A DNA stretch of 64,000 nucleotides, taken from positions 1 through 64,000 of the forward strand of contig JBHLSH010000007.1 of assembly GCA_048881705.1 (NCBI GenBank), written 5' to 3'. The notes beneath the pieces are model-generated. The model was not told where the DNA came from. It saw nothing but the letters and a program-made list of their open reading frames with translations, and searched no databases. This DNA is from Candidatus Heimdallarchaeota archaeon. GTDB lineage: Archaea > Asgardarchaeota > Heimdallarchaeia > Hodarchaeales > Hodarchaeaceae. Position 1 is the first letter of the stretch. Each line of letters starts with the position of its first letter. Shown here one piece after another: positions 39,206-49,510 of this stretch. Both the position numbers and the translations under genes were made by a program.

Positions 39206-39512
39206 TGAGCTACCGTCTCTCTTTATCCAAAAGCCTGCTTTTCCTGATTTAGAACTTACCCACATGCTAATCTGGTTATACGGCTTATATGAGATTATAC
39301 CTATCTCTTCTTTACCGAGGCTGAGGATTTTCTAATATAGCGTTTTTTAAAAGAGATTCAGATTCCCTAGCTTTCGAATGAATATTTCCGTAACAATTTA
39401 GACCAGACGGAAAAGATAATTTGAACTAGCAGTTGAGTGAATTCCTAATATCCATCCCAAGGTCGACACAGATTCGATTGAGAAATTCTGTTCTTCTATC
39501 AGGATGAAAATC

Positions 39513-40772
39513 CTAACCAACACGTTCCAGTAGAACACTCTCAATTGTGACCGGTCTCATCTTTGCAATCATTCCCTGAACTTCATCAAGAGATTTGCTA
39601 GAACTACCATACACGCGAAACACTTCTTCTCCTTTTTTTACTGACTCTTTTTTAACGCAAATTTCGATGCCAGCCAATGGATCCGCAGGAGCCCCAGCAG
39701 TTCGGGCAATTTCTTTAAGAGCATAGTTGGACCATGCTACGGGCCATCCATCTGACGGCGCTTTAAACTTGAGAACTGGTTTATCTATTAATCGCTCCCT
39801 GAGCATTTCAGGAGTAATATTTGGATTTCCTCCTTGGTTTTCAATAATTTCTCGCATTTTATTTAATGCCTTGCCCGATCTGAGCAGATCAGATGCATGG
39901 TTCTTTCCTAGTCCACGTGGAGTTAAACCTGCCAACTCGAAGACAATTCCTGCTAGTTCACAGCTTTTTTCAACCAATGAAGTGGGGCCTCTTCCCTCCA
40001 AGGCAGAAAGAGCTTCTGCTGCTTCAAGTAATGGACCGATAGTATGGCCCACAGGAACGCGTGCGTACGTGAGGCCCGCTTCAGCCTTGATATTTAGCCG
40101 ACTAGCAATATCTACAAACTTTCTTCCTAAGGCGCGTCCACTGTCTTCCGAGGCTACCTTGTCGGTGCCTATTGGAATATCCAAAACCATAAATTGGACA
40201 CCCATTGCGATCTTTTTTGCCAAGATTCCGGCCATAAACAGGCTTTCAGGATCAATCCCCAATTGGAATGCAGAACTCTTGATGATTTTATCGACGGCAG
40301 GAGCAATTCCCATTCGGTCGCCTGAGACGATACACCCTTTAGTTCGCTTGACTAGGTCAATTACCTCATCTGGATTAAATTCAATTGGAGCAAGAACGTG
40401 CATGGTATCAGCAGTACCGCTTGCCGATGTAATGGCGTGGGTAGACGCCTTTGGGGTGAGTAAGCCTGCCGCTGCAAGTATAGGAACAATTAACAAGGTT
40501 ATTTTGTTGCCTGGTACACCACCCACGCTGTGTTTTGAATAACAAGGAAGTTCAAAATCCAGAATTTGACCACTTTCTGCGAAAGAGCGCGCCATGGCCT
40601 CAATCTCGTCCAGTTTCCATTTTGTGTAATGTTGACTAAGGATGAAGGCGGAACTATGTTGAGGCGATATTACTTCATTCATAAACCCCGCTGTAATCTT
40701 GTCAAGGTCATCTTTGGAAAATTCTCGACCAACTTTTACTTTCTCGCTTATTAGGCGCTCTATAGCATTCAG
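39513..40772 (-). CDS. AMP/thymidine phosphorylase paralogue lacking the N-terminal extension (proposed CTG start)
   Basis: KHSVGGVPGNK, AITSASGTAD, ILAKK, DIPIG, GPLLEA.EAL, AGAP.D..AG. Family similarity extends about 30 codons upstream of the first ATG (40682). Confidence 0.82.
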   Translation of the reverse strand: MNAIERLISEKVKVGREFSKDDLDKITAGFMNEVISPQHSSAFILSQHYTKWKLDEIEAMARSFAESGQILDFELPCYSKHSVGGVPGNKITLLIVPILAAAGLLTPKASTHAITSASGTADTMHVLAPIEFNPDEVIDLVKRTKGCIVSGDRMGIAPAVDKIIKSSAFQLGIDPESLFMAGILAKKIAMGVQFMVLDIPIGTDKVASEDSGRALGRKFVDIASRLNIKAEAGLTYARVPVGHTIGPLLEAAEALSALEGRGPTSLVEKSCELAGIVFELAGLTPRGLGKNHASDLLRSGKALNKMREIIENQGGNPNITPEMLRERLIDKPVLKFKAPSDGWPVAWSNYALKEIARTAGAPADPLAGIEICVKKESVKKGEEVFRVYGSSSKSLDEVQGMIAKMRPVTIESVLLERVG

Positions 40773-41063
40773 GCGAATCCTTCTCCTATCAACGGATTGT
40801 ACAACTTCATTTTTGGTCCTTGATAAATGCTTGTTTCATCGGTTCTTTCGAAAACACAAAATCCCTAAAGGGAGGGGAAAAATACAGAGAAAGCCAATCT
40901 AGTTTGTATTGTCTCCACTCTAGTGATTCAATTTATCATGCCAAGCTGGTCTCTTGCAAGTAGAGAGTGTAGATTAAACCAAGAAATCAGATTAATTCCC
41001 TTTCATTATTTTTCAACATTAATATAACTAGGTAGGTTTTTACCCTCCATCAGCCAAAGGTAC

Positions 41064-41828
41064 GTGAAAAGCTTGCATCTGTCAGCGGAGATTATCAAAA
41101 AGCTCGTTTTCTATAACGGAAGGAACCACTATATTGATAAGGACAGAGTATTTAAGTTTGAAATGGCAGCCGTAATCAATCGTTATTATTCGGGGCGTCA
41201 AATCGATAGTACGACCTTAATTGAAGATTTAGGTCCCATTCAGTTGGATTTTACGGACGTTCACCCTTGGGCACCCCAAATCCCAGATATAAATGAGAAG
41301 AGTGCCAGATTGTTTACACTATGGGCCGAAGATGGCGAAACAAAAGATGTTGTCCTAATCCTTAGAGGAATCTACGTTCTTCTTCCGTTTAAATGGGGCG
41401 AAAACACATTGCTTGATTACTATGAATTTGTCGAGGATATCCCATATTATCCAATAGCTGTCATTTCTTCATTTCGGACTACTTTTCGTGATGAAATTAT
41501 GATCCTCAGACTGGTAGATCGTGTTAAGGAAGAAATAGAACTAGTTTGGAGGGATTTACGTCAATCTGTCATTGATCGATTAGAAAAGGGTTCCGAACTG
41601 TGGAAACGATATGTTTTATGTTTTGAAAAAATCATACATTTTTCGTTTCTCTGTCCTTCAATTGATCGTGAATTAATAGACGCATTACGAATGAAGAATT
41701 ACCGAACGACAGGGGTTATGCAACTCTTGGCCTCTCCGGAACTGTCCTATGATCAAGCTATGATTAACTCGCATCTTACTGAAGCAAAGGCTCTTATATC
41801 ACAGACCGAGGATAATAAGAATTCTTAA
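41064..41828 (+). CDS. Hypothetical protein (254 aa), between the two phosphorylase paralogues on the opposite strand
   Basis: Long GTG-start ORF with normal protein composition. No family recognised. Confidence 0.7.
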   Translation: MKSLHLSAEIIKKLVFYNGRNHYIDKDRVFKFEMAAVINRYYSGRQIDSTTLIEDLGPIQLDFTDVHPWAPQIPDINEKSARLFTLWAEDGETKDVVLILRGIYVLLPFKWGENTLLDYYEFVEDIPYYPIAVISSFRTTFRDEIMILRLVDRVKEEIELVWRDLRQSVIDRLEKGSELWKRYVLCFEKIIHFSFLCPSIDRELIDALRMKNYRTTGVMQLLASPELSYDQAMINSHLTEAKALISQTEDNKNS

Positions 41829-41878
41829 CAGGATAGGAAAAACCGTCTTTAAATTCATAAAGAATGATACTAGCCTTG

Positions 41879-43456
41879 CTAAACACGTCCTAGAAGCATG
41901 CCTTCTATTGTAAGTGGATTTAGCTTGGCAAACTTGCCTTCAGCCGCCGTCAATCGTTTTTCGGAGTTACTCCAGATCCTTAGCATGGGTTCCCCCTGTT
42001 TTACCGCATCTTTCTTTTTTATAAACTCCAAACCTGCTCCATGGTCACGAGGACATCCCGCGGTCTTGGCAATCTCGGAAATCTTTGCGTTATCTATATG
42101 AACTATCCAACCTGAGCTAGGCGCAAATATTTCACACGAGTATGCTCCTATAGGGATATCACTAGGTTTAAGGTTTTTATTCCCTCCTTGAGCTTCCATG
42201 ATTGCTTGAAATTTTGCATAAGCTTGACCATTGGCTAGGATTTCTTTTGCCAGTTCGCGTCCCTGTCCTCGGAGGGCCTTTCCTGCCATTTCCAATAATA
42301 TACCCGCGATTTCGCTGGACTTTTCAATCAAGCTTGAAGGAGATCGCGCAGGGTCTTTCAAGGCCAAAAGAGCCTCTCTCGCTTCGAGTGCTGGTCCAAC
42401 TGCATGACCAACAGGGTTCCCTCCAAACGTAATCCCGCTTTCAACCCTTATACCAAGGCGCCTGCCTAGCTCCGCGAATTCTCGGCCCAGTGCTTGAGCG
42501 GTACCCATGTCTCCTATCTTGGCTCCAAATCCAGTTGGAATATCCATTGCGAGAAAATGGATTCCAGTTGCGAGTTTTTTAGACATGATACTCGCTAGCA
42601 TCATCGGAGTCGGATTAACTCCGAGTGGAAACTCTACATCTTTAATCAATATATCGTCAACTGGGGCCAGTTTAAATCCTCCACCCCAAACAATCATTCC
42701 ACGGACCTTGCGTGAAATCTCAACAAGCTCTTCTGATGTGAATGTCACATTGCAACCCAAGGCCTCCATGGTGTCTGCGGTGCCACTCGGGCTGGTAATC
42801 GCCCGGCTGCTGGTTTTGGGAATTAATAGCCCTGCAGCAGCCACAATGGGTACAATAAGAAGAGACACCTTATTTCCTGGAATACCTCCCGTAGAGTGTT
42901 TATCAAACACCGTTTCTTGCCCAAAATCAATGATTTCTCCTGTTTGCGCCATTGCACGCGTTAGTTCTTCGATTTCATCCATGTTAAATGGATCAAAAAG
43001 CTGGGATAAGACGAATGAGGTTTTCTCCAGATCGGAGAACCGATGATTTGCGATATCGTTAACCAATTGTGTGATTTCACCCGGTTTAAACTGGCGCTTT
43101 GTTACCATTCGTTTTCGTAAAATCATATACGAATCGGGCGATGTCCGGCTCATCGGGAAAGCAAAGATGGCGGTGCCTTCAGAAATACCCAAATCCTGCA
43201 TCAATTCGGACGATAGCCATATCTGGTCAACTGGAACAATCGAAGATAGTACTATTCGATCAGAAAACACATTAGCTGCTTGAACTTCAGTACTCGTTGC
43301 TAATTGTAATGTAGGATTCTTGAACTTTCCGGTAAAGATTCCTGAGAGAGGATTTAAAATAACCGTTTGCTTGGGCCATACCGATGTTTTGATAGCTTGA
43401 AAAGAGAACTTATTTCCAGGTGTAATTTCATCAGATGGACGTATCATTAGATTCAC
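41879..43456 (-). CDS. AMP phosphorylase (archaeal thymidine phosphorylase family), full length
   Basis: N-terminal extension, DKHSTGGIPGNK, PKTSSRAITSPSGTAD, MLASIMSKK, DIPTG.GAK, GPALEAREAL, EGMLLGRV C-terminus. Confidence 0.92.
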   Translation of the reverse strand: MNLMIRPSDEITPGNKFSFQAIKTSVWPKQTVILNPLSGIFTGKFKNPTLQLATSTEVQAANVFSDRIVLSSIVPVDQIWLSSELMQDLGISEGTAIFAFPMSRTSPDSYMILRKRMVTKRQFKPGEITQLVNDIANHRFSDLEKTSFVLSQLFDPFNMDEIEELTRAMAQTGEIIDFGQETVFDKHSTGGIPGNKVSLLIVPIVAAAGLLIPKTSSRAITSPSGTADTMEALGCNVTFTSEELVEISRKVRGMIVWGGGFKLAPVDDILIKDVEFPLGVNPTPMMLASIMSKKLATGIHFLAMDIPTGFGAKIGDMGTAQALGREFAELGRRLGIRVESGITFGGNPVGHAVGPALEAREALLALKDPARSPSSLIEKSSEIAGILLEMAGKALRGQGRELAKEILANGQAYAKFQAIMEAQGGNKNLKPSDIPIGAYSCEIFAPSSGWIVHIDNAKISEIAKTAGCPRDHGAGLEFIKKKDAVKQGEPMLRIWSNSEKRLTAAEGKFAKLNPLTIEGMLLGRV

Positions 43457-43814
43457 TTATTAATTCTCACTAAAAACTGAATTGCCTTCTATCATCCAAT
43501 TTAAAACGATTCGGTTCGCTGTATTTATGCCAGAATTTTCACCTTAAAGATCTAGATATATGAGACAGAAGTCTGTTTAGCAAAACATCTGTAAGATGGA
43601 TTGCGACAATTGCCGAAATCCACCTGGATTGATCAAAAAGTAAGCTTTTTACTGATTTCTTGGGCAGAGGCCAACAAAAAACACTTGTTCCATAGCTAAA
43701 ATAGGAGGAAATCGGGCTGCATTTGGTATTTCGTTTCAAAACAACCATAAATATTCCAGCTCTTTCGCTGTCTCGTAATTGGTTTTGGCTAATAACTTAA
43801 TGTAAGGAGAAATA

Positions 43815-44378
43815 ATGATGACTCAAACGGATAAACTTGAACAAGCAACATTAGGAGGCGGGTGTTTTTGGTGCATTGAAGCGGTTTTTACGGAAGTGAA
43901 AGGAGTAAAACAGGCCATTTCTGGTTATTCCGGCGGTGACTTTGAAGCAACCTATGAAGAAGTTTGTACCGGAACCACTGGTCATGCAGAGGTGGTTCAA
44001 ATTACGTTTGATCCGAAAATTATCAGTTTCAGGAAGATCTTGGAGATTTTCTTTTCTGTTCATGATCCTACTCAACTTAATCGCCAAGGTGCAGACATTG
44101 GTTCACAATATCGATCGGCGATCTTCTATCATACAGATAGCCAAAAAGATATCACTGAGCAGGTACTTAGAGAATTAGGGGCTTCAAATGCATGGGGAAA
44201 ACCAATTGTGACTGAGGTAACAGCATTTACACGGTTCTATCGCGCAGAAGAATATCACCAACAATACTATCGAAAGAATCCATTTCAAGGTTACTGCCAG
44301 ATGGTGATTTCCCCTAAGGTCATGAAGTTTAGAGAGAAGTTTAATACGTATTTGCTATCGCCAGAGGTATCTCATTAG
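43815..44378 (+). CDS. msrA: Peptide methionine sulfoxide reductase A
   Basis: [48 protein letters not shown]. Confidence 0.96.
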   Translation: MMTQTDKLEQATLGGGCFWCIEAVFTEVKGVKQAISGYSGGDFEATYEEVCTGTTGHAEVVQITFDPKIISFRKILEIFFSVHDPTQLNRQGADIGSQYRSAIFYHTDSQKDITEQVLRELGASNAWGKPIVTEVTAFTRFYRAEEYHQQYYRKNPFQGYCQMVISPKVMKFREKFNTYLLSPEVSH

Positions 44379-44453
44379 CTGAATTTTGTATCAAACTGAG
44401 GTGAGGGAGGAAACCAACGAGATCACGTCTTCTCTATATATTTTTAAAACGTA

Positions 44454-47400
44454 TTATCTTCGAGCCAGAAGAAAACGTCTTCCCAAGATGGCGATCAGAG
44501 TTCCACTTACTGTAATAACAAGGATTATCAGAAGAAGTGCCCCGAGATCCCCAAGAGGAGGTACTTTATCGAAAGTAGATGTTGTAGGAGGAGGAGGTGG
44601 TGGAATGACTTCCTCAAACTGGATCTGCACGGGAGTAACGTAGTTAGCAACCGTGATCCCATCGAATGTGACGATTTTTAGACTCCCTTCCACAAGATAC
44701 TTCAATGGAGCTCGACTACTTGAAAAAATTTCAACTATAGTAAACGGAACAGTGGTTTGAAGCACCCCTTTCCCTGATGGGCTGAAATCAGATCCATTTA
44801 CAAGTGATTTCGATTTATCCTGCCAAAAAAAAGATAATCGCGCCTTCAAGGAGAAAGCTAATGGATCATTCACCAGAATAGTTACATCAGCGTTTACGCT
44901 ATCAACCAAGTTGTCTCCATTCTCATCCTTTTCCACAATTTTGACAGAACCGAACGAGAATGGAGGAACCATGTTGAATCTACTCAAATCATATACGTTA
45001 TTCAAAAACATTGGATGATCCGAGATCAATAAGAGTCCTTTATTATCCACAGCAAATAGAGGTACCACCAAGATCACGATCTCGGGTTTTATGTAGAGAT
45101 CTTCAGCTTTCTTAAATATACTAAGTAAATAGTAGTAAGGAACTGTGATGCTGACATTGCTTAACCCCTGTTGGTATGATCTGTTTGAGAGGGTCACATT
45201 CCCGAGGTATGATTCAAATGAATTAGGTATTTGGGCAAAAAGCCCCACAACCAATCCATATTTCCCGCTTAAGGTGAAGTTAAGATTCAGGTCAATCTGA
45301 ACTCCATCATAATCTCCATCATTACCTAGATTAAACGCCCGATCAGAAGCTATTGATTCGAACAGGACAGGAGTAGTAAAATCGAATTGGCTTTTATTAA
45401 ACGGAAAGTTTGGTATCTTATATTCTATTAAATAACTCGTGTTCGTATTCTTGATTGACATATTACCGTAAACGATTCCATCAAAACCCGCCCTCACCAA
45501 GGTTTCGGCAGTAAAAACAAAAGAAAAATTGTATTTTTCACCTCTGGTCAAAATTCTATAGAATTGATCTGTTACATTTGGGGTGAAATAATCATTCTTT
45601 GAAAATAGATCCAATTCAATTGAATAGTTTTGCGGTCTTTGAATTACGGCAGTCCCATTCACAATCAAGGAATCATAGAGATTGTCAGTGTTGGAATCTT
45701 CAAATATAACCATAGGAGGCTTTTCGAAAAAAATCTGGACAAAATCCTCATAATCTCGGTAATCAGTGCTTGGTAGAAAGCCCACGTGAAATCCGAAGTC
45801 AAGAAGGGACAAGTTATGAGATTGAAAACGCTGCTGAAGCTTATTCCTGAATAGCAAAGAATAAATACTTGCTGAGTAAATTTCAAGTCCCCCTATATAT
45901 CGTGACTGATACAAATCCTCTGCACTTAATCTAAATGAAACAGTGGATGTCCCAGGAAATACATCTCGTATAAAGGTAATAGTTTTCTTAAAATCGCCTT
46001 GGATTTGTTCATATCCCCAGATCTCAATTTCAAATACAACTGAATCAATAGCTAAAGTGTATATATCCCAATCTACCCTGACGCCAGCATCGGATCCCAC
46101 CTCATATCGTGTGGCCTCATACGTGGAGGAAAATCTGACTGGCGTTTTTTCAATCCCTGAAATTTGATAATTTCGGGTAAAGTACGGGGTTTTAAAGACG
46201 CCTTGATCATTTGGAAGAGAAATCCCTAGATTTGGAAAAAAATAAGGAGCATGCAACAATTTGGTCCTCAAAATCCTCATATCAAAATCGATATATACTA
46301 CATTTGATCCCCGGACAAGAGTCCTATTTTCTTCCCCGTTGTTTATCAGAATCATTGTCTCATCTGGTACGCTATAAGGATGTCCAGTAAAGAAGAACGC
46401 TGTGGTCTTAATCTTTGATGTAACGGCAAACGTAAACCTTATTGTATCATTTATTATATTTTCGTTGGTGTTTATTGCATAATCGGTTACACTATACGTT
46501 AGAACCGAATCAAAGGAATTAAGAGCTTGTTTTGATATTCTAGAATATACAGGGATTATGCGCCCGAACCAGGATCCAGTAACACCGAAAACGACGATAT
46601 TACTGTTCTTGGAGAACTGTTGAGCAATAAATTCGATGGTAATATTGGTGATTCCAGGGCGCGAAACAAAAATCGCGCTACCATTAACAGCAAGAATATC
46701 ATTTTGGTTTTCGTTAAAGATTGGGATAACAACGGAATAACCACCTGGTTTAGAGAAATAAACCTCAAGGTTGACTACGATTTTTTCGGGGCCGCCTTCT
46801 CCATCGATATCCTTTTCTGTAATCGAAAAGGATCTGAGATTATTGGTTAAGGGATCATAGGAGCTATGATCTAGAAAGGGAGTTGAAAAAACCTCAGAAT
46901 CATAAAAATATAATAGCGAGAAATCGTCCCTTCCAAACGCCAATTCGTTTATGACGTACGAACCATCAAATCCTGATGATTCCAGCAGTCCGCCAGGTAC
47001 AGATATGGTAAGATTCTGGATTCCTTCGCGAAGAGTCAGATTTAGGTAATCCCACATGAACACGTAGCGACCAAAGTAATAATCTGATCTATTCTGGGCT
47101 ACTGAATACCAAATGTTGTATTTCCCTGTTTGTAAAACATTAATTTCTATATGAAAAAGCAATTCATCGTTGAGACCATTGGAATCACGATCCATTGAGT
47201 GACTCCATATATTTCCCGTCAAATATGCGGGTTGAAAAGAGAGTAGTTCGCTTCCAGTAGCATTTCGCGCAAAGAGCGAATATTTACCTGGCATATTCCC
47301 TTCAATTCGTATGAAATAGTCTCCTGTACTATGGGCTTCAAACATTACTGCATCTGGAATGGTACCTGAGCTCGTACTCAAATTAAAAATGTTTCCTGTC

Positions 47401-49337
47401 TCATCAGCAAGGTAAAGGTTTAGATTTTTGGTCATATTAAATAATTCTACAAAGTAAACTTGACCTTGTATGACAGGAATTGTGTAAAGATCTTTATCCC
47501 ATTGAAATGCCTCTCCATGAACTACTGTCCCCAAATTCAGTGCCAGGGCCCCTGCTAAAGTATCTCCTGCATCCGTTCCACTATTAGCGTCATTACCCGC
47601 AATATCTACATGAAAGGACAATAACGCATTAAAGTAGTTTTGATTGCCGTCGTTTATCAATAAAATCCCATCAGTGTTGATAGGCGGCCCAGTAACATTA
47701 ACTATTGCTCTAATCCATCCATCCTGTCCTGCATCTATTAAGGATACATTTGCATAGGTTTTTATGCTGTTAGAGGGTGTTACGTTTAAGGAACCAAACG
47801 TTTGGTTCAAGAAAACGTCGAGCTGGTATTCATACTTCTCACCAGGGCTAAGAACAAGCGGCTGGGAGCTGGGAAATGAAGGAAAGGCATAGACTTCTTG
47901 GACTCCAGATTGAAGGAGCTCGTATGCTGCTTTCGCATCCGCCATGCCTGCTCCTTGCGCAAAAACATGTCTTCCAACATCAGAAGCAGTACTGAGCAGA
48001 GCACTCCTAATTTCGTCGTTCGTTGCGCCAGGTGCCCCGGATTTTAATAGCGCAATGACGCCAGAGATCGCAGGGGCGGCCATAGAGGTTCCGCTAGAGA
48101 TTAAATAACCTCCTCCTTTTTCCAAGGACAGAATTCCCCGACCTGGTGCAATTATATCTGGATCGACTGTTCCTACTGAGGACGGCCCTCGACTTGAAAA
48201 CAAGCTTACATCATTGTAGATATTAGAGGCTCCTACAGTTACCGTTCTTGACTCAAGACCAGGACTCGAGATAGTGCCTGGCGTAGGCCCGCTGTTTCCT
48301 GCTGCTGCAACTAATATTGTCCCATTTTGCCATGCTGCCTCAGCAGCCACGGAATAGAGTAAAGAAGCATCTCCTCCAAATCCACCTAATGACATGGATA
48401 TTATATCCGCTCCATTAAGAATCGCCCAATCCATTCCCTTAACAATCCAACTGGTAAAGCCCGATCCAAACCTTCCATCGAGTACTTTTGCATTCATTAG
48501 AGTCGCACCAGGTGCAACACCCTTTAAAAGGCCATTACCGGCCGCAATTCCTGCTACATGTGTGCCGTGGTTGTTATCATCCAAGGGGGACGTATCGTTC
48601 GATCCATCATCATCATAATCAATGAAAGAGGCTTCTAGGATTATCTTGGGATCATATGTTGCATCATCATCATCAAGATCATCTAAATCAGGGTGATACC
48701 GATCAATACCCGTATCTAAAATTGCAATGGTAACACCTGATCCGTTTATCCCTAAGTCCTGTAAGTAACGCGCCCCTATAATGCTTTTCGAGGGGTAAGT
48801 AGATACTTTTTCCAGATGAATTGAGTTTGGAGAACGGATATCGGCCTCGGGCATATAGACCAATGTATCCAGAAAAACGCCTGATATTCCTGGAATAGAC
48901 TTAATATGGTCGACAGAGTCGAGCGTGGTCTCCACTATCGCCATCGGTAATCTTTGTAAGTACTGAGGGTTAAACTCGGTAAGTAGACTTTTAGTATTGC
49001 TATTTTTCGATTCTAGGGATAAAATTAGAGTCACTCGGGAAGTTTTCCATAAATCACTCGGGATTTTGGACATCATTTCTCCAAGGGATTTCGGAAGTGG
49101 GTTAATTGCATTTTCAGAACGGAAAAATTTGCTGACAAGAACCTTCTTTTCGTAATCTATATTGCTATAACTCCAATTGTTTGTATCTATGGCTCTTTCT
49201 TTATCTAATGGTATTTTCCTCTCTTTTGATGTATCAGGGAAAATAGAGTCAGGTGAGGTATCGTGAGTAGTAATCAGACTTGTCGAAAAGAAATTCGAAG
49301 AAAAAAACAGCAAGCTTAATATAATGGCGATCCTCAT
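44454..49337 (-). CDS. Large surface-anchored S8 subtilisin-like serine protease (~1630 aa)
   Basis: Signal peptide MRIAIILSLLFF, triad ILDTGID / HGTHVAG / GTSMAAP, oxyanion AAGNSG, repeated D-x-D-x-(N/D)-G modules, Pro/Thr linker, TM and RR. Confidence 0.92.
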   Translation of the reverse strand: MRIAIILSLLFFSSNFFSTSLITTHDTSPDSIFPDTSKERKIPLDKERAIDTNNWSYSNIDYEKKVLVSKFFRSENAINPLPKSLGEMMSKIPSDLWKTSRVTLILSLESKNSNTKSLLTEFNPQYLQRLPMAIVETTLDSVDHIKSIPGISGVFLDTLVYMPEADIRSPNSIHLEKVSTYPSKSIIGARYLQDLGINGSGVTIAILDTGIDRYHPDLDDLDDDDATYDPKIILEASFIDYDDDGSNDTSPLDDNNHGTHVAGIAAGNGLLKGVAPGATLMNAKVLDGRFGSGFTSWIVKGMDWAILNGADIISMSLGGFGGDASLLYSVAAEAAWQNGTILVAAAGNSGPTPGTISSPGLESRTVTVGASNIYNDVSLFSSRGPSSVGTVDPDIIAPGRGILSLEKGGGYLISSGTSMAAPAISGVIALLKSGAPGATNDEIRSALLSTASDVGRHVFAQGAGMADAKAAYELLQSGVQEVYAFPSFPSSQPLVLSPGEKYEYQLDVFLNQTFGSLNVTPSNSIKTYANVSLIDAGQDGWIRAIVNVTGPPINTDGILLINDGNQNYFNALLSFHVDIAGNDANSGTDAGDTLAGALALNLGTVVHGEAFQWDKDLYTIPVIQGQVYFVELFNMTKNLNLYLADETGNIFNLSTSSGTIPDAVMFEAHSTGDYFIRIEGNMPGKYSLFARNATGSELLSFQPAYLTGNIWSHSMDRDSNGLNDELLFHIEINVLQTGKYNIWYSVAQNRSDYYFGRYVFMWDYLNLTLREGIQNLTISVPGGLLESSGFDGSYVINELAFGRDDFSLLYFYDSEVFSTPFLDHSSYDPLTNNLRSFSITEKDIDGEGGPEKIVVNLEVYFSKPGGYSVVIPIFNENQNDILAVNGSAIFVSRPGITNITIEFIAQQFSKNSNIVVFGVTGSWFGRIIPVYSRISKQALNSFDSVLTYSVTDYAINTNENIINDTIRFTFAVTSKIKTTAFFFTGHPYSVPDETMILINNGEENRTLVRGSNVVYIDFDMRILRTKLLHAPYFFPNLGISLPNDQGVFKTPYFTRNYQISGIEKTPVRFSSTYEATRYEVGSDAGVRVDWDIYTLAIDSVVFEIEIWGYEQIQGDFKKTITFIRDVFPGTSTVSFRLSAEDLYQSRYIGGLEIYSASIYSLLFRNKLQQRFQSHNLSLLDFGFHVGFLPSTDYRDYEDFVQIFFEKPPMVIFEDSNTDNLYDSLIVNGTAVIQRPQNYSIELDLFSKNDYFTPNVTDQFYRILTRGEKYNFSFVFTAETLVRAGFDGIVYGNMSIKNTNTSYLIEYKIPNFPFNKSQFDFTTPVLFESIASDRAFNLGNDGDYDGVQIDLNLNFTLSGKYGLVVGLFAQIPNSFESYLGNVTLSNRSYQQGLSNVSITVPYYYLLSIFKKAEDLYIKPEIVILVVPLFAVDNKGLLLISDHPMFLNNVYDLSRFNMVPPFSFGSVKIVEKDENGDNLVDSVNADVTILVNDPLAFSLKARLSFFWQDKSKSLVNGSDFSPSGKGVLQTTVPFTIVEIFSSSRAPLKYLVEGSLKIVTFDGITVANYVTPVQIQFEEVIPPPPPPTTSTFDKVPPLGDLGALLLIILVITVSGTLIAILGRRFLLARR

Positions 49338-49510
49338 CCCTTTGAACGAATAATCCAAAAAGCAGTCCTTCCTGTTTATATTTGGAATATTGAGACCTAG
49401 CCCAAGGGGTTTGTTAAAAAGGTTTAGAATTTTTCTAGAAAATAGAAAGATTGAATAAAACTCATATGTATTCATTGATATTATTTATTAATCTAAAAAA
49501 CGTGATCAAT

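Noticed and set aside
40836-40838. In-frame TGA upstream of the short phosphorylase as a selenocysteine or readthrough codon
   Set aside because: The frame beyond it (GFLCIFPLPLGILCFRKNR) shows no similarity to the AMPpase N-domain and closes at TAG about 20 codons later. No SECIS-like element was seen.
39513-43456. Complete pentose bisphosphate (AMP-RuBisCO) operon
   Set aside because: No ribose-1,5-bisphosphate isomerase or RuBisCO is present in this window.
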